The notes beneath the pieces were generated by a model. The model was given only the letters and a program-made list of their open reading frames with translations. It was not told the origin of the DNA and did not search any database. 21,807 bases of DNA, taken from Caedibacter taeniospiralis. Its GTDB lineage: Bacteria > Pseudomonadota > Gammaproteobacteria > Francisellales > Francisellaceae. Location of the stretch: NCBI RefSeq assembly GCF_002803295.2, contig NZ_PGGB02000006.1, positions 43,418-65,224 on the forward strand, in the 5' to 3' direction. The translations under genes and the position numbers were made by a program. Of this stretch, positions 1 through 6,469 are shown in pieces. Position 1 is the stretch's first letter; every line of letters starts with the position of its first letter.

Positions 1-143
1 CCAAAGCGTCTGGGACGCGAGAGAAAATAATATCCCCCTCCGCCATGAACAAGCTCAGCAACATGTCTGGTTTTATCGACGTAAATATAGTCACCTGTGA
101 TGATTTTCTCTAAACCCGAAATACCAATCGGAAGTTTTTTCAT
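1..143 (-). CDS. AAA-ATPase-like protein, N-terminal part only (PF09820-type; these usually carry a C-terminal PD-(D/E)XK domain). The gene runs off the left edge.
   Basis: The reverse complement from the ATG at 143-141 reads MKKLPIGISGLEKIITGDYIYVDKTRHVAELVHGGGGYYFLSRPRRFG. The LPIGIS...YVDKT...FLSRPRRFG(K) pattern is the characteristic N-terminus of this family. It is absent from the ORF track because it is truncated by the window edge. Confidence 0.8.
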   Translation of the reverse strand, partial: MKKLPIGISGLEKIITGDYIYVDKTRHVAELVHGGGGYYFLSRPRRF

Positions 144-194
144 GGGATTCAATCAAGCCATTTAAGATGCTCGGAGTATAACAGTTTGAGAGAC

Positions 195-416
195 TTAAAA
201 CCACCCTATCCCTCTTCTGTGTTGAAGCTGGTTATCTGCTGGCTTAAGATCGCCAAGCTGGGATTTTTCAGCGCGGCGGTATTGGTAGAACAAGTATTGA
301 AGCCACTTCTTCACATGTTCTTTTGAAGCACCCAACTCGACCTGATCCAGTAAATGGTAGATGCACTCACGCCAATTGGGTAGGGATAGTGTCTTGCTCA
401 AAAATAGCAAATTCAA
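195..416 (-). CDS. Hypothetical 73-aa protein. Coding status is uncertain.
   Basis: This is the only ORF of 60 aa or more in this interval. It begins with TTG (414-416 on the complement) and has no internal Met codon. I saw no recognisable motif and no clear SD. It is co-oriented with and upstream of the PF09820 gene. Confidence 0.3.
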   Translation of the reverse strand: MNLLFLSKTLSLPNWRECIYHLLDQVELGASKEHVKKWLQYLFYQYRRAEKSQLGDLKPADNQLQHRRGIGWF

Positions 417-448
417 AAATGCAAACAGTATTTTTAATTTACAACAGA

Positions 449-471
449 AATTGCAAACTTAGTTTGCAATT
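449..471. promoter_or_regulatory. Perfect 10-bp inverted repeat with a 3-bp spacer (AATTGCAAAC tta GTTTGCAATT). Putative operator in the divergent intergenic region.
   Basis: Read directly: left arm 449-458, right arm 462-471. An additional half-site-like aTGCAAAC lies at 419-426. The right arm overlaps the putative -35 of the ATPase gene promoter. Confidence 0.45.
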
Positions 472-491
472 CTAAGATGTCCAGTCATAAT
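463..491 (+). promoter_or_regulatory. Putative sigma70 promoter for the 524..1678 gene.
   Basis: -35 TTTGCA (463-468), 17-nt spacer, -10 CATAAT (486-491), about 33 nt upstream of the ATG at 524. The -10 lies in the loop of a small inverted repeat CCAGTC/GACTGG (481-486 / 495-500). Confidence 0.3.
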
Positions 492-523
492 ACCGACTGG
501 TATGGATTATCTGGAAAACATCA

Positions 524-1678
524 ATGTACAAGCGATTACTGGCAATAGATACTAAGATGACAAGCAGTGTGTTTTTATTTGGACCGCGTGGCACAGGGAA
601 AACACATTGGCTTAAAAACACTTTCCCATCCGCGCTCTATTTTGACCTTTTGGACGACGCCATCTACACGGAATTTCTGGGGGACGCCAAGGCATTATCG
701 CGGAAAATACCTAAGACCTATGAAGATTGGATTATTATCGATGAAGTCCAAAAGATTCCAAGCCTCTTAAACGAAGTGCATCGACTGATTGAGCATCAAA
801 AATGTCGCTTTGTTCTCACGGGCTCAAGTGCGCGGGCATTACGAAAAAAAGGCGTAAATCTCTTGGCAGGTCGCGCTTTGACTTATCATATGCACCCATT
901 AACGGCAAGCGAACTTCAGGATGATTTTGACTTAGCCTTTTCTCTTAAGTATGGAAACTTGCCTATGGTCTATTCGGCGGACAATCCAGAGCATTTCCTT
1001 AAAAGCTATATCCAAACTTATTTGAAGGAAGAAGTTCAGCAAGAGGCACTCACAAGGAACTTAGCGGTATTCACCAAGTTTCTACAAACAGCAAGCTTTT
1101 CCCAGGGTGAGACCATTAATTACAGTAATATTGCCAGGGAGATTGGCAGTAATCACCAAAGTGTGCGCAATTTTTTTGACATCCTGGAAGATTTGTTAAT
1201 TGCCTATCGCTTGCCTGTATTTACGCGTCGAGCAAAACGCGAAGTCGTTACCCAAACCAAGTTTTACTACTTTGATGCTGGCGTATATCGCGCGATTCGT
1301 CCCAAAGGTCCTCTGGACTCGGAAGAAGAGCTTTCAGGAGCAGCATTGGAAAGTTTGTTTTTTCAGCAGGCTAAAGCACTCAATGATTATTATTTTTTGG
1401 GGTATGAATTCTATTACTGGCGAACACAGGCAAAGCACGAGGTCGATTTTATTTTGTACGGTGAACGGGGTTTATATGCAATTGAGATAAAGCGTAAATC
1501 TAAGCTCATTCCACACGACTTTAAAGGCTTACGCCTTTTTCAAGAGGACTATCCTATGGCAAAATGTATCATGCTCTACGGCGGGGATCAAAGCTATTGG
1601 GAGAACGAGATAAACGTTATGCCCTTTGAAAACGCCATTCGAACATTAGATAAAATTCTGACAGGAACGCTTATATGA
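524..1678 (+). CDS. AAA+ ATPase (AAA_14-type) with a C-terminal DUF4143 / PD-(D/E)XK nuclease-like module.
   Basis: Walker A GPRGTGKT (aa 20-27), Walker B IIIDEVQ (aa 70-76) and LTGSS...LAGRA, typical of the COG1373 family. The C-terminus EVDFILY-x9-YAIEIKRK gives D308...E321-x-K323 (nt 1445-1447, 1484-1492), a restriction-endonuclease-like motif. Confidence 0.85.
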   Translation: MYKRLLAIDTKMTSSVFLFGPRGTGKTHWLKNTFPSALYFDLLDDAIYTEFLGDAKALSRKIPKTYEDWIIIDEVQKIPSLLNEVHRLIEHQKCRFVLTGSSARALRKKGVNLLAGRALTYHMHPLTASELQDDFDLAFSLKYGNLPMVYSADNPEHFLKSYIQTYLKEEVQQEALTRNLAVFTKFLQTASFSQGETINYSNIAREIGSNHQSVRNFFDILEDLLIAYRLPVFTRRAKREVVTQTKFYYFDAGVYRAIRPKGPLDSEEELSGAALESLFFQQAKALNDYYFLGYEFYYWRTQAKHEVDFILYGERGLYAIEIKRKSKLIPHDFKGLRLFQEDYPMAKCIMLYGGDQSYWENEINVMPFENAIRTLDKILTGTLI

Positions 1679-2205
1679 CACAATCCCTCACACAAAGCAT
1701 TCGAAAGTTAATGAGAAACATCCTTAAACCTTGCACAAATCGCAATGGCTGTAACTCCGAAGTGAAAAAGTCCAGCCAAAGCGAGGAAAAGCGCGCGGTT
1801 GTGCACGTGTCGCTTGTCGTTAGAGACTACGATGAGGCTATAGCGTTTTATACCAAGAAGCTTCATTTTGATTTACTCGATGACATTTATCAGCCCGAAC
1901 AAAATAAACGATGGGTTTTAGTGGCACCAAGGGGAGCAAATGGCTGTGCACTGGTTTTAGCAAGAGCCTCAAAACCAGAGCAATTGAGCTTTATTGGTAA
2001 TCAAACGGGTGGGCGAGTTTTTCTGTTTTTGCACACCAATCGGTTTTGGGATGACTATCAAAAAATGAAGTCTGGTGGCATTGAGTTTGTTAGAGAACCT
2101 TCGATTGAAACTTATGGCACTGTCGCAGTTTTTAAGGACTTATACGGTAACTTATGGGATCTTTTGGAGCTTAATAAAACTTCAGTTGAACTGAATAATG
2201 TTTAA
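1675..2205 (+). CDS. VOC family protein (glyoxalase / bleomycin-resistance / dioxygenase fold).
   Basis: VVHVSLVVRDYDEAIAFYTKKLHF...RWVLVAP...FLFLHTNRFWDDYQKMKSGGIEFVREPSIETYGTVAVFKDLYGNLWDLLE is a typical single-domain VOC pattern. The start is uncertain. The ATG at 1675 overlaps the upstream stop (ATGA) but adds a roughly 42-aa basic extension. An in-frame GTG at 1801, preceded by GAGGA (1784-1788), would give a canonical 134-aa protein. Confidence 0.8.
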   Translation: MTQSLTQSIRKLMRNILKPCTNRNGCNSEVKKSSQSEEKRAVVHVSLVVRDYDEAIAFYTKKLHFDLLDDIYQPEQNKRWVLVAPRGANGCALVLARASKPEQLSFIGNQTGGRVFLFLHTNRFWDDYQKMKSGGIEFVREPSIETYGTVAVFKDLYGNLWDLLELNKTSVELNNV

Positions 2206-3166
2206 AATCTATTGGGGAAAAACAAGCGCCACATACCAGCTGCCAAAAGGGATGGTAGAGAAAATGGCACATCTTGCTTATCCCAATACAAAACTTATTT
2301 CGCATGAATTGATTGCTGGTGGGTGTGCTAATCTCAACATTAAAATTCAGCTAGAAGATGAAAAGTACCCACTCATTTTGCGTGTTTATTTGCGCGACAA
2401 AAATGCTGCTTACCGCGAACAAAAACTGGCGGCATTAATAAGAGAAACCGTGCCTGTACCGCTAACGCATTACATCGGCGAGCTTGAGGAGCATCATTTT
2501 GCCATTACAGAATTTATGCCTGGCATACCACTTCGAGACCTTCTACTGAGCGATGTGTCGCATGATCTTAATGCAATCATGCACGAAGTAGGCACGATTC
2601 TTGCAAAAATCACAGCGCATGAGTTTCCAAAAGCAGGCTTTTTTGATTCAAAACTGAACATTATTCCTGGCTCACCATCTGATGATTTCATGATTTTTGC
2701 TAAAGACTGTTTGAAACACGAGACTGTATTGTCTGTGCTTGCATCAGATACAATTGCCAAAATCAGTCAGGTTCTTGATCACTATGGTCACTTATTTCCC
2801 GATGAAAACGAAAAGCATCTTGTTCATGGCGATTTCGATCCAGCTAATATCCTTGTGCATAAAGTTGATGGGAGGTGGAAAATCAGTGCCGTTTTGGATT
2901 GGGAATTCTCTTTTGCTGGCTCTGTTTTGTGGGATGTGGCGACTTTGCTAAGATACGCCCACAAGTTACCTTTTGAGTTCCACTTAGCCTTCTTGGATGG
3001 TCTGAGATCTTGTGGTGTAAGGTTGCCTTCAAATTGGCAGGCTACAGTAAAGCTATTGAACTTGTTATCACTATTAGACTGTCTCAAAAGATCAGACTTC
3101 AAAACTCAGCTAAATCGATGCAAAGATATTTGCCAATTGATAGAACATATAATCTGCGGAAAATAA
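2198..3166 (+). CDS. Aminoglycoside/macrolide-phosphotransferase-family (APH, PF01636-like) small-molecule kinase. Substrate unknown.
   Basis: Gly-rich IAGGCANLN, beta3-like LILRVY, catalytic loop LVHGDFDPANILV (HGDxxxxN) and metal-binding LDWEFSFAG (DWE). The start overlaps the VOC stop by 8 nt (ATGTTTAA). Confidence 0.8.
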   Translation: MFKIYWGKTSATYQLPKGMVEKMAHLAYPNTKLISHELIAGGCANLNIKIQLEDEKYPLILRVYLRDKNAAYREQKLAALIRETVPVPLTHYIGELEEHHFAITEFMPGIPLRDLLLSDVSHDLNAIMHEVGTILAKITAHEFPKAGFFDSKLNIIPGSPSDDFMIFAKDCLKHETVLSVLASDTIAKISQVLDHYGHLFPDENEKHLVHGDFDPANILVHKVDGRWKISAVLDWEFSFAGSVLWDVATLLRYAHKLPFEFHLAFLDGLRSCGVRLPSNWQATVKLLNLLSLLDCLKRSDFKTQLNRCKDICQLIEHIICGK

Positions 3167-3179
3167 TTTTTTAAACGCG

Positions 3180-3219
3180 TTGCTCATGCTTCTTTGCCAA
3201 GTTATACTATGTATAACTT
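3180..3219 (+). promoter_or_regulatory. Putative mazEF promoter with an overlapping operator palindrome.
   Basis: -35 TTGCTC (3180-3185), 17-nt spacer, -10 TATACT (3203-3208). A perfect 9-bp inverted repeat AAGTTATAC tat GTATAACTT (3199-3219) spans the -10. The SD GGGAGA (3227-3232) precedes the ATG at 3236. Confidence 0.5.
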
Positions 3220-3235
3220 AAAACACGGGAGAATT

Positions 3236-3493
3236 ATGGTGCACATCAACGCTAAAGTTTTAAAATGGGGCAATAGCCTGGGCATTCGTCTATCGGGGGT
3301 CTTGAAAGAGCTGACTGATTTCAAAGTAGGCACAGAGCTTGATGTGGAAATTAAAAAAGAGGGATTATTTATTCGAAAACTTGAGAAAAAAACGATTCTG
3401 CCATTCTCGGAAACTGCTTTAATAAGTGATTTAAATAAAAAGAGTCACATGCACTTGTTAGTAAAACCCCAAGGCAGTGAGTGGCATGACTAA
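3236..3493 (+). CDS. mazE: Type II antitoxin MazE (AbrB/SpoVT swapped-hairpin fold).
   Basis: MVHINAKVLKWGNSLGIRLSGVLKEL...VGTELDVEIKKEGLFIRKL aligns by eye with E. coli MazE (KRWGNSPAVRIP...). I prefer the ATG at 3236, which has an SD, over the TTG at 3194 given in the ORF track. Its stop overlaps the mazF start by 8 nt. Confidence 0.85.
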   Translation: MVHINAKVLKWGNSLGIRLSGVLKELTDFKVGTELDVEIKKEGLFIRKLEKKTILPFSETALISDLNKKSHMHLLVKPQGSEWHD

Positions 3494-3860
3494 ATTATAC
3501 ATCCCTGAACGTAATGATCTCATCTGGCTTGACTTTGAGCCTACTAAAGGCAAAGAAATTGGTAAATATCGCCCTGCATTTGTGTTATCGTCCAAAGCAT
3601 ACAATCAAAAGACGAATACGCTAATTTGTTGCCCTGTGAGCACTTCTATAAGAGGGGGAGCAACAGAAGTTTCAATTAACAGCCTTGAATCTCCATCCGT
3701 TATTGCTGCATCTATTGTGCAAACGCTGTCTTGGAAAGAGCGAAAATGCAAATTTATTGCTAAAGCAGAGGAAGAAGTTTTTAAAGCGGTTCTTTTGCGA
3801 TTATTGCCTTTGTTGGGCGCTGAGGAAGTAATACAGGAAATATTGAATAACACGCTTTGA
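3486..3860 (+). CDS. mazF: Type II toxin MazF/PemK family mRNA interferase (endoribonuclease).
   Basis: LYIPERNDLIWLDFEPTKGKEIGKYRPAFVLSSKAYNQKTNTLICCPVST matches E. coli MazF (YVPDMGDLIWVDFDPTKGSEQAGHRPAVVLSP...CVPCTT). The ATG at 3486 is preferred over the GTG at 3477. Confidence 0.9.
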   Translation: MTKLYIPERNDLIWLDFEPTKGKEIGKYRPAFVLSSKAYNQKTNTLICCPVSTSIRGGATEVSINSLESPSVIAASIVQTLSWKERKCKFIAKAEEEVFKAVLLRLLPLLGAEEVIQEILNNTL

Positions 3861-3998
3861 GAAAGTTTTGTATCCTAAAGGAAAAAATAGAATACTGAGT
3901 AGGAAATGTATGGCATAAGTGCAGACGGCTCTTGAGTTTAAGTGTCTTTAAGGGTATGATTTGTGCAACTTTAAAATTGTTCTAAATAAATACACAAA

Positions 3999-4778
3999 AT
4001 GAATAATCAACAGAACCTTGGATTGCCATTGGAATACCAGCAGATGCCTGAGTATTTCGATGCACAAAACGTCAATGTGGAAACGGAAGTCAACAATGCT
4101 CTGATAGAACGCTTGCTTAATGCACATAATGTTAAAAGCGTACTGGATATGACTTGCGGCACAGGGTCACAGGTGTTTTATCTTCATCAACGCGGTTATG
4201 AAATAATCGGTAGCGATTTTAGTTCACCTCTCATAAGGCAAGCTCGTGAAAAAGTGCGCTCCAGAGGAGTGGATATTAGGTTTCTTGAGGGGGATATGCG
4301 GGAACTGGAAGTTGGGAAATTTGATGCAGTCATTTCGATATTTAACGCCATTGGACATTTGAGCAAATGGGATTTTGCAAAAGCCTTACAAAATATTCGC
4401 TCGAACTTAAAGGATGGAGGCATTTATATATTTGATATTTTTAACCTGGAGGCAGTCAGCGATAAGGTCATCCAGGATTTTGATATGGAGATTGAGAGTA
4501 CTGTGAATGGCGTAAAAATGAAGCATACTCAACACTCCGAGGTTGACAGAGAAAATAACCTGCTGACCTCACATGATCATTACACCATTTTTAAGGAAAG
4601 TGAGAAACCTGAAATACGCACAAATACCTTTCATCTTCAAATCTATACTGCCCAGGAATTAAAAGATTTGCTGATGCAAAATGGTTTTGAAACCGTCTAT
4701 CAATGCGATATGAACGGCAAGGATTTTGTTGCGGATAAGAGTCTTAGTGTTCTGACGGTTGCAAGGAAACGAGGATGA
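3999..4778 (+). CDS. Class I SAM-dependent methyltransferase, small-molecule type. It resembles the TylM1/DesVI-like Methyltransf_11/25 architecture.
   Basis: Motif I VLDMTCGTGSQ, acidic post-I IIGSDFS, GDMRE, and FDAVISIFNAIGHL followed by LKDGGIYIFD. The C-terminal dimerisation-like region resembles sugar N-methyltransferases. This family-level resemblance is from memory only. Confidence 0.8.
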   Translation: MNNQQNLGLPLEYQQMPEYFDAQNVNVETEVNNALIERLLNAHNVKSVLDMTCGTGSQVFYLHQRGYEIIGSDFSSPLIRQAREKVRSRGVDIRFLEGDMRELEVGKFDAVISIFNAIGHLSKWDFAKALQNIRSNLKDGGIYIFDIFNLEAVSDKVIQDFDMEIESTVNGVKMKHTQHSEVDRENNLLTSHDHYTIFKESEKPEIRTNTFHLQIYTAQELKDLLMQNGFETVYQCDMNGKDFVADKSLSVLTVARKRG

Positions 4779-4881
4779 GTATAGCCGCAGCTGGGTGCCT
4801 TTGTTATGGTGCCGTTAAAATAAAGGATGGCACAGAGGTGTCGGTAAGGTTAGTTGGTTTGATAATAAAATCAGGTAAATC

Positions 4882-5673
4882 ATGAAAAAATTTCTTTTAT
4901 TTTTGTGCATGTTGATTGCCTCTTGCACTCACGCACAGCAATGTTTTATGGTGAAAGAAGAAGGTAATCTGATCTATCAGAAAGGGGATTGTAATCAGCG
5001 CTATTCGCCTTGCAGCACGTTTAAAATTGCCTTGAGTTTAATCGGTTACGATTCGAATATTCTTGTCGATGAAACGCATCCTCGGTGGTCATTTGAAAAA
5101 GGATATTCAGATTTCTTACCACAGTGGAGACAGGATCAAACGCCAGAAAGTTGGATGAAATATAGTTGTGTTTGGTACTCGCAGGTGTTGACCCAAAAAC
5201 TGGGTATGAAAAAGCTTCAATCCTATGTCACACAATTTAACTATGGGAATGAAGATCTCTCAGGGGATAAGGGAAAAAATAATGGACTTACTCGTGCGTG
5301 GCTATCCAGTTCTCTTGAAATCTCAAGCGTAGAGCAAATCGCATTTTTAGAAAAGCTCTCAAAGGGTAAGTTACCCACAAGCCAATATGCGCACGAAATG
5401 ACAAGAAGAATTTTGTTTGTAGAGAACTTGCCAAATGGCTGGAAGCTTTATGGCAAAACAGGAAATGGTGCTTTACTCAGCGCAGATAAAACCAAAAAGC
5501 TTGAAATCCAGCATGGCTGGTTCATAGGCTGGATTGAAAAGGCGGGTAGGGTTATTGTTTTTTCGGATCACATAAGTGATGACAAAAAGAAAAAGTGCTT
5601 TGCAAGTTTGCGTGCAAAGGAAGATGCGAAAAAAAGATTGCTCAGCATAATCAGTAGCATGGATGTAAAGTAA
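4882..5673 (+). CDS. Class D (OXA-type) beta-lactamase with a signal peptide and possible lipobox.
   Basis: All class D motifs are present: S-T-F-K (PCSTFKIAL), S-x-V (YSCVWY), Y-G-N (FNYGNEDL), K-T-G (YGKTGNG) and W-x-x-G (HGWFIGW). The N-terminus MKKFLLFLCMLIASC carries a lipobox-like IASC. An alternative SPase I site follows THA. Confidence 0.92.
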   Translation: MKKFLLFLCMLIASCTHAQQCFMVKEEGNLIYQKGDCNQRYSPCSTFKIALSLIGYDSNILVDETHPRWSFEKGYSDFLPQWRQDQTPESWMKYSCVWYSQVLTQKLGMKKLQSYVTQFNYGNEDLSGDKGKNNGLTRAWLSSSLEISSVEQIAFLEKLSKGKLPTSQYAHEMTRRILFVENLPNGWKLYGKTGNGALLSADKTKKLEIQHGWFIGWIEKAGRVIVFSDHISDDKKKKCFASLRAKEDAKKRLLSIISSMDVK

Positions 5674-5738
5674 CAGTAATAGCCTTACCATATCGATGAA
5701 AGGTAGCTGTTTACTCACCTTTATTTATGAAAGGGTGT

Positions 5739-5993
5739 TCAATCCGTAAGGTTGGGAGCAGAACCTTCACCAAATAGAAAATTTTCCATCTCTTTGAGTA
5801 GAAATTTTTTTGCTTCTGCTTCAAGCAAGTTCAAACGATATTCATTGATTAATATTGTTTGATGATCAAGCCACTTCGACCATGCTTCTTGTGAAATACT
5901 GCGTAAAATTCGCTGCCCAAGCTCTCCTGGAATTGGAGCGTATTGCATGGCGACGCCCTGCTTTTGTAGTTTTGTGCAAAATATGGTTGTCAT
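5739..5993 (-). CDS. yggX: Fe(2+)-trafficking / oxidative-damage protection protein YggX.
   Basis: MTTIFCTKLQKQ...PGELGQRILRSISQEAWSKWLDHQTILINEYRLNLLEAEAKKFLLKEMENFLFGEG aligns with E. coli YggX (RTIFCTFLQRE...YPGELGKRIYNEISKEAW..QTMLINEKKLNMM). The SD AGGAGA lies 7 nt upstream. Confidence 0.9.
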   Translation of the reverse strand: MTTIFCTKLQKQGVAMQYAPIPGELGQRILRSISQEAWSKWLDHQTILINEYRLNLLEAEAKKFLLKEMENFLFGEGSAPNLTD

Positions 5994-6037
5994 AGGCGAG
6001 TCTCCTGAATTTGGTTTTTTCTCAATATTTACCTGGG

Positions 6038-6457
6038 TTAATAAGAAACGCAGTTATTCCCACGGAACGTTGTATCAACGATTTTCTTGGTTTTATTGTC
6101 AAAAACAATCCAGGTGGTGCACGATAGGGAATAGGTCTGTCCACCCACAATGGCTCCTGGGGTTGACACAATGGTGGTGTTGTTACCACTTTGTACGGTG
6201 GTAATATTCGTCGGCATTTGCGTGATTGGGGTGCTGATGATTTGCCGATCGCTATATACATAAGCAGTCTGATCATCGTCTAATTTCAAGGTGCTATTGG
6301 GGTAGCCCCACATCTTGATGAAGGTATCGATCGATTGTCCTTGCCACTGATCCAGGATGGCGCGATATTTTGCTGTTGTTGCGCAGCCCATAAGAAAAGC
6401 GCTTAGGCAAGCAAATACCATGATGTTAGCTAAATATTTGGCAAATTTTTTGCTCAT
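6038..6457 (-). CDS. Hypothetical lipoprotein.
   Basis: Signal peptide plus lipobox (ACLSAFLMGC-ATT). It has an SD (AAGGAAAG) and starts 12 nt downstream of the mnmG stop. I recognised no family motif. Confidence 0.6.
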   Translation of the reverse strand: MSKKFAKYLANIMVFACLSAFLMGCATTAKYRAILDQWQGQSIDTFIKMWGYPNSTLKLDDDQTAYVYSDRQIISTPITQMPTNITTVQSGNNTTIVSTPGAIVGGQTYSLSCTTWIVFDNKTKKIVDTTFRGNNCVSY

Positions 6458-6469
6458 GGCTTACTTTCC

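Noticed and set aside
5716-5737. An imperfect hairpin (CACCTTT atttatg AAAGGGTG) between the convergent OXA gene and yggX, considered as a bidirectional terminator.
   Set aside because: The stem has a bulge, is AT-rich, and has no flanking T/A tract on either strand. It is too weak to call.
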